From: Candidatus Hodarchaeota archaeon | GTDB lineage: Archaea; Asgardarchaeota; Lokiarchaeia; Sigyniarchaeales; SOKP01 | Direction: 5' to 3' | Length of the DNA stretch: 64,000 bases | Assembly (NCBI GenBank): GCA_048887225.1 | Contig: JBHLJY010000006.1 | Coordinates: 64,001-128,000 of the forward strand | In this document: piece after piece, positions 39,181 to 48,136 of the stretch | Layout of the letters: each line of letters starts with the position of its first letter | Position numbering within the stretch: position 1 is the first letter of the stretch | Notes under the pieces: generated by a model | Database searches by the model: none | What the model saw: the letters and a program-made list of their open reading frames with translations, nothing else | Told to the model about the DNA's origin: nothing | Made by a program: the position numbers and the translations under genes

Positions 39181-39360
39181 TTTTTTCATTTCTATCTTAT
39201 ATCTTGAACTAAATAGATAATTTCTTGATTTTTATTGTAAATCACCTTTTAACAAAAATGTTAAATACTTTTTTGTCAATTTATTACTTACTCCATAAAT
39301 TTATGGGTGAAATATCTAATAAAAATTGAATCCAATTAAAATAAAATAGAAATAGAGGTG
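39181..39360 (+). promoter_or_regulatory. Repeated upstream module containing the perfect palindrome CCATAAATTTATGG
   Basis: Shared with 38631-38800 and 33141-33270; palindrome at 39293-39306. Confidence 0.75.
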
Positions 39361-39370
39361 TGTAAAAAAT

Positions 39371-39697
39371 ATGGTATATATTATGTTAACTGGATGGGTT
39401 CCAGCTGAAAAAGCTAGAGTATTTGGGAAAAGAGTACTTGAAGGGATTCGTAAATTTCCTACAGATGAATCAGTTTCGAAATTGATAGTACAAGCGGCTG
39501 GTACGAGTAATGGTTGTATCAGAGCATTCTCAATTAGTGAGGTTGTAGACGGTAAAATTACAGAAGCTATTACACGCGCCAATAATTTTGCCCTTTTTTA
39601 TGCAGAAGAGGTAGGCGAGGGATTTAAGTATAATGTAGAAATCCTAATGTCGGCTATGGAAGCCATGCGTGTGATTGGATTAGAGATGCCAGAATAA
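39371..39697 (+). CDS. Small hypothetical protein, distant paralog of 38806..39138
   Basis: See paralog; GAGGTG SD-like site upstream. Confidence 0.78.
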   Translation: MVYIMLTGWVPAEKARVFGKRVLEGIRKFPTDESVSKLIVQAAGTSNGCIRAFSISEVVDGKITEAITRANNFALFYAEEVGEGFKYNVEILMSAMEAMRVIGLEMPE

Positions 39698-39781
39698 TTA
39701 CAAAAAATGTTAAAAACTTTCAAATTTTTTTTTTCTTTACAGAATTAGCTGAATATTAACTAAACAAAGTGAATATATTAA

Positions 39782-40051
39782 ATGCCAAATTGCGTAAATT
39801 GTGGAGAAGAACTAGACTCTGAATAGGATGAATGTCCCTATTGTGGCCATAGAAAGGTTTTCAATTGTTTAAAATGTGGAGGAGGTATTTCGCAACAACA
39901 AGCAGAACAATTTATTCATTTTCAGGGGCTATGTCCTGAGTGTGAAAAAGCAAGGAAATGGTGGGGCACAGAAATGAGTTTAGGTAGTTTTATTATAGCA
40001 TTTGTTATTATTCTGTATTTTATTTATTTGTTTATCAAGATCCTAAGCTAA
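39782..40051 (+). pseudogene. Double zinc-ribbon membrane-anchored ORF with in-frame TAG at codon 15 (absent from the ORF track)
   Basis: MPNCVNCGEELDSE*DECPYCGHRKVFNCLKCGG...LCPECEK...hydrophobic tail. Confidence 0.7.
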
Positions 40052-40162
40052 TTAGTTTTGGTTTATATAGTGGATTTTTATATTTTTTTATATTTTAATA
40101 ATGAAAAAAAAAGATTAAAATTAATATTTAGAGTTTTTTTAAATCCCATTCATTAATTGATT

Positions 40163-40612
40163 TTATTCTTTGATGACAAAGATCAATATTGTCATAACAA
40201 TAATAACTATTTGTACAATGATAACAATCACTAGGGTACCTTGAATTGCATCTAGATATCCAGCAGTTTCTGGATCGATAGGAATTAAAGGAATTAGCCC
40301 AAACCAAAGAAAACAGACTAACAATGCTATCACCGCAAAAATCATGACGAAAATACTAGTAATCATTTGAGCAGTGTCATTATCTTTTAAGACTGTCATT
40401 CCTAATATAGTAAAAATAATCGATATAAAAGGAAGGATAATCAAAGCTACTACTGTCGTTCCAACACCAGCATAAGCCCACACTGTAACCTCTGTTTTAG
40501 GATGCATTAGAATCAATCCTATAAGACTTAATATGGCAATACCTAAAATGAAAGTTGTTATAATTAAAAGAAATCGGATAATTGAAAATATGAAATTCTT
40601 TTCCATTTCCAT
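40163..40612 (-). CDS. Hypothetical 4-TM membrane protein
   Basis: Four hydrophobic segments. Confidence 0.72.
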   Translation of the reverse strand: MEMEKNFIFSIIRFLLIITTFILGIAILSLIGLILMHPKTEVTVWAYAGVGTTVVALIILPFISIIFTILGMTVLKDNDTAQMITSIFVMIFAVIALLVCFLWFGLIPLIPIDPETAGYLDAIQGTLVIVIIVQIVIIVMTILIFVIKE

Positions 40613-40702
40613 ATTAAACGCCTTTTTTTATTTCACCATTTTTAATTAAATTTGGTAATTGATATTATTTATTGTCAAATCAACTAATAAAAACTTTCTC
40701 AA

Positions 40703-40800
40703 TTTTCGTACGTATAAGATTCTCTAAGTTTACCTATTCAAAAAAGCTAAATTTCAAATGAAAAATTTAAAATTGATTTCATTATATTATGAATTATTTA
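40703..40800. repeat. Mosaic intergenic repeat element
   Basis: CGTATAAGATTCTCTAAGTTTACC..CAAAAAAGCTAAATTTCAAATGAAAAATTTAAAATTGATT, shared with the 30.8, 33.3 and 32.1 kb copies. Confidence 0.8.
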
Positions 40801-40828
40801 TAAACTTTTAATAAGAACTAGATATTCA

Positions 40829-41497
40829 ATGGAAGCCTATGATATTGTATGGTTAACAATTTCATCAATATTCTGGATTTGGAGTGGAATCTGGTTAGTA
40901 TATTTTAAAGCAAAATACAAAGAAATTAGGAGATTCCTCAATTATAAAGAATATATTGGTGTTTTAGGCCTCTTCCTAATTACATTGGGTTTAATTATTG
41001 AGATTATTTTATATGATCCAGAGTCGGAATATGATAGTGTTTTTGCATTTCCATTTTTATTAGCTGGAAATGTGACATTAATTATATGGGTGATTTGGGC
41101 AATATATAATTTAATTGAGAAAATAGAAGAAATTAAAGAAAATATTGCTATTTTTGGATTTGTTATTGCATTCATTTTAGACATAACTACACCTTTCACT
41201 ATACTATTCTTAATTATTATCTATAGTTTTCGTTTTTTCTGGTCAGGAATAATGATATTTACTCTGATTAATCTAGAGAAATTTCGAGAAAAAGAGATAG
41301 AAGTTGAACAAAAGGAAGTTACAGTAAGAGAAAAAAAGAAAAAAGTTCCGATAATAGCAGAACAAACAGATATAAAAAAAAGAGACGAATTATATGAATG
41401 TCCGATGTGTAAAAGTAAAATACCAGCTAGACTAAGTAAGAAATATAGTATGGGAAGCCCTATTTTTTGTAAATATTGTGGATCTAAAATTGATTAA
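40829..41497 (+). CDS. Membrane protein with C-terminal zinc ribbon
   Basis: About five TM segments, CPMC..FCKYCG. Confidence 0.75.
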   Translation: MEAYDIVWLTISSIFWIWSGIWLVYFKAKYKEIRRFLNYKEYIGVLGLFLITLGLIIEIILYDPESEYDSVFAFPFLLAGNVTLIIWVIWAIYNLIEKIEEIKENIAIFGFVIAFILDITTPFTILFLIIIYSFRFFWSGIMIFTLINLEKFREKEIEVEQKEVTVREKKKKVPIIAEQTDIKKRDELYECPMCKSKIPARLSKKYSMGSPIFCKYCGSKID

Positions 41498-41540
41498 AGC
41501 CGAACAGGGGTGCGAATTTTGAGGACAGCTATTAATTCTC

Positions 41541-41583
41541 TTTTTTTCATTTCTATCTTATATCTTGCACTAAATAGATAATT
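41541..41583. repeat. Short copy of the mosaic repeat core
   Basis: TTTTCATTTCTATCTTATATCTTGCACTAAATAGATAAT, one mismatch to the 39183 copy. Confidence 0.8.
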
Positions 41584-41647
41584 AAGAAAAAAAATGAAAA
41601 AAAAAGAAGTCTAAAATTTTTAAGTTCTAAAGTCTTAAAATAAAACT

Positions 41648-42025
41648 ATGGAAGATTTAGATTTAAAAAAAAGAGCAATTATCATAATTCACGGCATAAT
41701 CATATGGGTATTATGTGGAATGATTATGTATATAGGAATGAGCATTACAAGTATAGAAATAACATTAATAATCCATGCGATCTTTGCGCCAATATTCGCT
41801 TGTCTAATTTCATTTATTTATTTCAAGAAATTTAACTATACTACCCCACTTATTACAGCAACAATCTTTGTGGCAATCGCTATTCTATTAGACATTTTTA
41901 TTGTTGCCCTCCTAATTGAGCAGAGTTTTGAAATGTTTACGAGCTTTCTAGGGACATGGTTAGTATTTATTTTAATTTTTGCCGCAACTTTTCTTACAGG
42001 ATTTTATTTAGAGAAAAAAGAGTAA
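41648..42025 (+). CDS. Hypothetical 4-TM membrane protein
   Basis: Four hydrophobic segments. Confidence 0.75.
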   Translation: MEDLDLKKRAIIIIHGIIIWVLCGMIMYIGMSITSIEITLIIHAIFAPIFACLISFIYFKKFNYTTPLITATIFVAIAILLDIFIVALLIEQSFEMFTSFLGTWLVFILIFAATFLTGFYLEKKE

Positions 42026-42169
42026 ACAATTACTCATAACTTTCTTTTTTTATACTAATGAGTAAAAATCAATTAATTAATAATTTTTAAATAGTAAAAG
42101 TACATAAATGTAAATATATTTAAAACAAAATAAAAAAAATGTTGAAATCCAAATTAAAGGTGAGAATTA

Positions 42170-42676
42170 ATGAATGCAAAACAAATCTTCAGTTTATTAA
42201 GTGGAATTGTAACACTTGTGGCCACTTTTTTCTTTACATTGTTTAAATTTGAATTAGCAGAGAATACTTATTATGTGTCTGGAATGTATGGAATTATAAG
42301 GATTTTCCAAATGTTTCTCGATCCGATTTCGATGTTTTATATTATGGCAGTAGTTATCTTAATAATTTTTATGTCGTCGGGGGTTTTACAAATAATCGGT
42401 GTAAAAGCGCGCTTATTAACTATAGTAGGGTCGATCTTACCTCTGTTTTTTGGCATAATCATCTTATTAGATCCCTTTAATTTACTAAACAAATCATTCA
42501 TAGGAATTCTCTTTATGTTAGGGGGCAAAGAATCAATAATACCAGATATCCTTCCTTTCGTAATTCCTTTTGACTTTGTAATTTTTGAGCGTCCTGAGTC
42601 CATTGGAACTTATTTTTTAATTCTAGGAGGAATGATTGGCCTTATCAGCGGATTATTCGAACGAGGTGAAGTTTAG
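42170..42676 (+). CDS. Hypothetical membrane protein
   Basis: Several hydrophobic segments; AGGTGA SD-like site. Confidence 0.72.
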   Translation: MNAKQIFSLLSGIVTLVATFFFTLFKFELAENTYYVSGMYGIIRIFQMFLDPISMFYIMAVVILIIFMSSGVLQIIGVKARLLTIVGSILPLFFGIIILLDPFNLLNKSFIGILFMLGGKESIIPDILPFVIPFDFVIFERPESIGTYFLILGGMIGLISGLFERGEV

Positions 42677-42678
42677 AT

Positions 42679-43503
42679 ATGCAAAGCTCAAGATTGTTAA
42701 ATTTTCTGTTAGTATTTACAATATGCTTTTTACCATTAATGTGCATTGCTTCTGCTGATGATGATAAAGAATGGTATGTTGGAATTAACGAGAATGACAC
42801 ATATATCTATTTAGTAACTTGGGATGGGGATCCTTATGAAGATTTCTTGGAAGCCTTGGGTATCTTTTCTGAAGAAACAATTGAAAATATCACCGATATA
42901 TTGGGTAAAGGATTTGATTTTGAGGCGTATAAAATTTATATCTTAAAAATTAAAGAGGAAGTTGATTATACTGGTTATGAAGGGGTTCAATATTGCTACA
43001 ATTTTTATACTACAGAAGATCGGGCGGAAAACGATTGGGAATTGGAAGATCATAACGAACAAGCTACCATTTTTAAATACACAGACCAAAGACAATTGTA
43101 TAAATATGCTGTCCTTGAGTATGTTTGGTTTCCAATGGGCTTATCAACATACTTTATTGGAAATGACGTTGATTGGGAGGAATTAGCTGACAAGGTTAAT
43201 GATAAGTTTGAAGACAGATATTCCAAAAGAGATGCTGGAGCAAGGAGAATAAACAATGGGATCTTCACTTTTTGCAAACCAGACACATTCAATAAAACCA
43301 ATCTCGAAAAATTTCGCTCAAAGTCAATATTTAGTAGGCAAGGCGTTCTCACATATTACGAGTGGTCGTACGACAACGATATCATTTTGAAACTACAATT
43401 AGAAAATGCCCTAATCGTTGAATATTGGTTAATAATACTTATCATAGCAGGGGTAGCTGTCATAATAGTGATAATTTCAATCATAAAAAGTAAAAAGCTT
43501 TAA
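42679..43503 (+). CDS. Signal-peptide single-pass surface protein; paralog of 28394..29419
   Basis: GINE.TY, KIYIL.I, YNFY.TE, EDHN and SKSI...G.L.YY.W.YD shared with the paralog. Confidence 0.8.
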   Translation: MQSSRLLNFLLVFTICFLPLMCIASADDDKEWYVGINENDTYIYLVTWDGDPYEDFLEALGIFSEETIENITDILGKGFDFEAYKIYILKIKEEVDYTGYEGVQYCYNFYTTEDRAENDWELEDHNEQATIFKYTDQRQLYKYAVLEYVWFPMGLSTYFIGNDVDWEELADKVNDKFEDRYSKRDAGARRINNGIFTFCKPDTFNKTNLEKFRSKSIFSRQGVLTYYEWSYDNDIILKLQLENALIVEYWLIILIIAGVAVIIVIISIIKSKKL

Positions 43504-43542
43504 TGTATAAGCATTTTCTTTTTGCTAATTGTAAATATTTTT

Positions 43543-43869
43543 TTAATAGTTAAAATAACTTTTATTAAATTCATCTTTCTTAGTCTTGACTTTACAGACA
43601 ACACATTCTAAATTACCATTAGAGAAAAATTTCAAACTAGGATTGCCGCAACGTTTACAAAAGATATAAATAGAATCTTTTAAACTTTCGTTCTTAACCT
43701 CAACCTTTTGTTCCTTATGTGGAATGAATGAAAAATTGTCAGATAGTTTTTTAATTTTTATCCAATAACGTTCGTTGTTGTCAAATACAACTAAGACAGA
43801 TCCCATTAAAATATGGAGGATTTTTCCTCTACGACATATTACATCTTGATTAGATTCATTAATTGACAT
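43543..43869 (-). CDS. Hypothetical protein with C-terminal CxxC..CxxC
   Basis: CKRC, CVVC. Confidence 0.55.
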   Translation of the reverse strand: MSINESNQDVICRRGKILHILMGSVLVVFDNNERYWIKIKKLSDNFSFIPHKEQKVEVKNESLKDSIYIFCKRCGNPSLKFFSNGNLECVVCKVKTKKDEFNKSYFNY

Positions 43870-43969
43870 CCATTTCTACCTAAGAGAGCAATGAAAAAAT
43901 AAAATAGCCTTAAATTAAAATTTTTTTTATTTTATATAATTTAATTATTTTAAAAAAAGGTGTTAAGAA

Positions 43970-44755
43970 ATGGTGGAAAAATTTCTTGAAGGAAAAGGAG
44001 CTCTCATTACTGGGGGAGCCTCTGGATTTGGAAGGGGTGTAGCCTATGCATTTGCAGAGAGAGGGGCAGATTTAGTTTTAGTAGATATTAATGAAAAACT
44101 CTTAGAGGAAACAGCTAAAAAGGTAGCTCAAGCATCTGGACAAAAAGTAATTCCTATTGTATGTGATGTTTCGAAATCCGACCAAGTAGAAGTAATGGCA
44201 AAGCAAGCATATAGAGATTTAGACAATGTGTACATATTGTTTAACAATGCTGGAATAGGGGTTGCCTATGGAAGAAATATATGTAGAGTTAAAGAACCAG
44301 ATTGGGATAAAATAATGGCAGTTAATCTAAAAGGTCAGTGGTTAATTGCAAAATCGTTATGGCGAAAAATGAAAGCTCAAAAATTTGAAAATGAATCATT
44401 ATCAGGTAAAATAATATGCACATCATCCATCGCTGGCTTGGAATTGCCACCTATACTTCCTGCATATAGTATAACTAAAGTGGGTGTAATTGCTCTAGCG
44501 AAATTATTAGCCAAAACTTTAGCTCCCAATATTACTGTAAACACCATATTACCAGGCATTCATGTGACTGGAATCTATATGAATGACGAAGATTTAGTAA
44601 ATAAATTAATAGAGATTCAAAAAATTAAAATTCCATTAGGTAGAATTGGCACAGTTGATGATGTTACTAATTTAGTATTGTTTCTAGCATCACCGGCTTC
44701 TGATTACATAACTGGTCAATCTATTCCTGTTGCTGGAGGTCTTGCTATAATCTAA
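43970..44755 (+). CDS. Short-chain dehydrogenase/reductase (FabG-like)
   Basis: TGGASGFG, NNAG, YSITK. Confidence 0.93.
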   Translation: MVEKFLEGKGALITGGASGFGRGVAYAFAERGADLVLVDINEKLLEETAKKVAQASGQKVIPIVCDVSKSDQVEVMAKQAYRDLDNVYILFNNAGIGVAYGRNICRVKEPDWDKIMAVNLKGQWLIAKSLWRKMKAQKFENESLSGKIICTSSIAGLELPPILPAYSITKVGVIALAKLLAKTLAPNITVNTILPGIHVTGIYMNDEDLVNKLIEIQKIKIPLGRIGTVDDVTNLVLFLASPASDYITGQSIPVAGGLAII

Positions 44756-44932
44756 GACGATCTTTATATTAAGGAGAAGACAATTCATTAATTCAAGATG
44801 CCGATCTCAGACCTCCTAATCATGTTAATAGAACATATATCCAAAAAAGTAATGATAAGGATTTAAATATTGCCTTGACTATTGTAATTAGTAATGAATT
44901 AAAAATAATATAATGAGAAAAAGGACTAAATA

Positions 44933-46780
44933 ATGATATCAGACAGAATTTTATTAACCACTCCTTGCTACCCGTACCCTACGCTCCCAGCCAATGATTC
45001 CCTCACAGATGCTATGGGTCAACGCTTTACCCATAAAGATGATATCTTTACAGTAGTTTCACATACACATTGTTATGCAAACCATATTTTAGCTCAGAAT
45101 ATCGATATTCCCGCTACTTTGCTTGAATATCCTAGATGGGACAATTTTACCGAAGAAGTTGATAAAGGCTATGCCACAATCGGCATCAGTTCGTTTCCAG
45201 TTCATCTTGATATGGTCATGAAAATGTGCGAATACATCCGAAAAGTATCCCCTGAAACAAAAATACTCTTAGGTTCCTATGGGGCTCAGGCATTTGATGC
45301 ACAATACGACGAAGAGACTAAAAAAAAATATGTGGACCATGTGGTAAAAGGTGAGGGTGTAAGATGGCTTCGTGAATATTTAGGTGAGGATACAAAACGC
45401 CCTATATCACAAAAGTTAATGCCTAAATGTGGTGGTGCACCAGCATTTCTCAATATGGACGCTAGAGGCGGTATGGGTTTTGTAGTCACAGGATTGGGTT
45501 GTCCTGGAGGTTGTGATTTCTGCTCAACAACCGAAATGTATGGCCATAAACGTATTGAATTACTTTCACCAGAAGATTTTGTTGACCATGTTGAACTTTA
45601 TCGAAAACACTTCCCGGGTCTGGGAGCAATTTTTGTAATCGAAGAAGATCATTTCCGCCATCCTCGATGGCTCATCAAAACTAAGGAAAGATGGATGCAC
45701 AACAAAGATCTCATAGAAAACGTTGACTGGACTGGCTTTGGATCAGTGGATTTTATCTGGCATTTTGCGAGTAATTATGGGTGGGATGCCATTCCTGAGA
45801 CAGGAATGGGTGCGGTTTTCATTGGTGTAGAATCCAAGTTTGCGGGTGAACATGGTTATAAAAAAACTAAAGAAGCTGATGCTCGAGAAGTGTTTCATAA
45901 GCTTCATTCAATGGGCATTCGTACACTTGGTGCGTGGATATGTGGTTGGGATTTTCATAACCATTCAAATATGTATGAGGATCTTAACTATTTTGTTGCT
46001 TGTAAACCTACTTACCAACAGCTAACTCGCCTGTCTCCTTTTCCAGGTACCGATTTATGGTGTAAGCTTAAAGATCAAGGACGTGTAATGAACGTTCCTT
46101 GGGAAGATGTACATTTTTGGAGCGGTGCGCAGAAAAATATCTCTATGGAGACCCATGAAACGTTGAATCTGACAGAATATGGGTATGACTTAATATACAA
46201 TACGTGGGGTCCATCAATGCTTAGGAGGCTTGAAGTTTCACTCAACGGTTATGAATATTGCATGAATTCTGATAATCCCTTGATGAGGGATATCAGATCC
46301 AAATTATTGAAACGATCTTCTGTGGTAACTTGGTTGATGACAGGTGCAATGGATCGATTTGCTCCGAATGGTGTTGTGAGACGACGAGTCTTAAAAACAG
46401 ATGAAAGATTTAGGGACCTTATTGGTGAACCTACTCCAATGATGGAATTAATTTCGCGTAATATTGAACAGAGTGCTTTGAAATTTAAAATGAAGCATAT
46501 GTTTGATCCATTTAATCGAAAACCAAGGGAACAACCAGCTAAGAAATATTTCTATGAAAAGGATGGATCCATTAAAGATGATGATATTCCTTACATAACA
46601 GAGTATCCAAATAAAATTCCGAGAAAAATTCGGAGAGCTGCTAAGATTAATAGTTATAAATATAAGCTCTTTGGCAAAATCTTAGGTGCTAGGTATAGAG
46701 TTAAATCGAGAAAAAGATCAAACGAGTTAGATCAAATAATAATGAACTTTATAGGAGGACAAAGCTACGGCGGATTCTAA
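44933..46780 (+). CDS. Radical SAM protein with probable N-terminal cobalamin-binding domain
   Basis: CPGGCDFC, FIGVES, PFPGT; IGISS..LGSYG N-terminal domain. Confidence 0.82.
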   Translation: MISDRILLTTPCYPYPTLPANDSLTDAMGQRFTHKDDIFTVVSHTHCYANHILAQNIDIPATLLEYPRWDNFTEEVDKGYATIGISSFPVHLDMVMKMCEYIRKVSPETKILLGSYGAQAFDAQYDEETKKKYVDHVVKGEGVRWLREYLGEDTKRPISQKLMPKCGGAPAFLNMDARGGMGFVVTGLGCPGGCDFCSTTEMYGHKRIELLSPEDFVDHVELYRKHFPGLGAIFVIEEDHFRHPRWLIKTKERWMHNKDLIENVDWTGFGSVDFIWHFASNYGWDAIPETGMGAVFIGVESKFAGEHGYKKTKEADAREVFHKLHSMGIRTLGAWICGWDFHNHSNMYEDLNYFVACKPTYQQLTRLSPFPGTDLWCKLKDQGRVMNVPWEDVHFWSGAQKNISMETHETLNLTEYGYDLIYNTWGPSMLRRLEVSLNGYEYCMNSDNPLMRDIRSKLLKRSSVVTWLMTGAMDRFAPNGVVRRRVLKTDERFRDLIGEPTPMMELISRNIEQSALKFKMKHMFDPFNRKPREQPAKKYFYEKDGSIKDDDIPYITEYPNKIPRKIRRAAKINSYKYKLFGKILGARYRVKSRKRSNELDQIIMNFIGGQSYGGF

Positions 46781-46979
46781 TATTCGCTAAACAAGCTTAT
46801 CTATATTTTATCTAATAATCTTAAAACGTAAAAAGTAATTACTAGATAATTTTTTTTTGGTTTTTAATTGGTTTTACCTATTTAAATCCTTATTTTAAAA
46901 GTTTTTATAATTCTTAAGATATTTTATAAACTATACTATTATAAAAAAACCAAATAATTGACCGTTTAGGTAAGAAGTA

Positions 46980-48002
46980 ATGATAAAAACAAAAATAACT
47001 GATATGTTTGGGATAAAATATCCCATTCTTAGCGCACCAATGGGTCCCTTTTATACAACTGATTTAACGATTGCCGTTTCCGAAGCGGGTGGACTGGGGA
47101 CGTTAAGCCATGTAACATTGCTTGGAAAAAATTCCATAGAAGATATGAAAGAACAGATTAATAAAGTAGTTGAGGGTACCGATAAACCATTTGGTGTAAA
47201 TATACGGACAGCAAGGATTCAAACAGATCATAAAATATTGTTAAGAAAAATTGCAGAATGGCGTAAAAAAAATCCAAAATTGCGAGAACAATTAATTTAT
47301 GGACTAACAAGTGCGGGGGGTTCAAGAACAGCAAGTCAAATATGGAAAAAATCTGCTCCCGATATATATCATTTTCATGTTGCACCAGCTTTATGGTTGG
47401 TTGATAAAGTATTTGCTGCGGGATGTGATGGTGTTGTTGCTACAGGTACGGAAGGTGGAGGGCACCAATCTTATGAAGGTGTCACCACATTAGTTTTGGT
47501 ATCACAAGTAGCTCAAAAGTATCCAGAAAAGCCATTAATTGCTTGTGGAGGAATTGCTTCCCCAGAAAGCGTAGCAGCTGGTTTAGCTATGGGTGCTGAT
47601 GCGGTTGCTATGGGAACTCGATTTATAGCTTCAAGACAAAGTGAATTTCACGCTAATTATAAAGCGCTTATTCCTCCAGCTACAGCCAAGGATACAATGC
47701 TTACTACAGGAGGATTCGGTCCAATCCGCCTATTAAAAAACAAATATTGCTTAGAACACGGTGAGGTAATAACTAAGGAACAAAAAATAGCTCAAGAATT
47801 AGCTTATGATTTAGATAGATTCCTTGAGGATTTAAATAAGTATATGATTGTGTATACAGAGGGAGATGTGGAAAATGGCGCTATTCCGGTTGGACAGACC
47901 GTCGGCATGATTGATTCGATAATGGACGTAGATGATATTGTATCAGGATTCACTAAAGAAGCAGAAAAAATCTTGAAAAACCTTTGTTCAAAAATCTCTT
48001 AA
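46980..48002 (+). CDS. Nitronate monooxygenase / FabK-like FMN enzyme
   Basis: PILSAPM, EAGGLG, EGGGH, GGI, MGTRF. Confidence 0.9.
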   Translation: MIKTKITDMFGIKYPILSAPMGPFYTTDLTIAVSEAGGLGTLSHVTLLGKNSIEDMKEQINKVVEGTDKPFGVNIRTARIQTDHKILLRKIAEWRKKNPKLREQLIYGLTSAGGSRTASQIWKKSAPDIYHFHVAPALWLVDKVFAAGCDGVVATGTEGGGHQSYEGVTTLVLVSQVAQKYPEKPLIACGGIASPESVAAGLAMGADAVAMGTRFIASRQSEFHANYKALIPPATAKDTMLTTGGFGPIRLLKNKYCLEHGEVITKEQKIAQELAYDLDRFLEDLNKYMIVYTEGDVENGAIPVGQTVGMIDSIMDVDDIVSGFTKEAEKILKNLCSKIS

Positions 48003-48136
48003 ATCCTTTTTTTTTTGTTTTTTAAGGGGTTCGAGTTTTTTATAAAAAATCTATAAATAAAATCTTTATAACTAACCTTATCAATATTAGTTATAACAAG
48101 TTAATTTATCTAAAAAAATAGATAGAAGATACAATT

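Noticed and set aside
29434-42120. CRISPR array or classical integron attC array
   Set aside because: The repeats are irregularly spaced, in both orientations and separated by whole genes. I saw no attC-type long hairpins, and no cas or intI gene.
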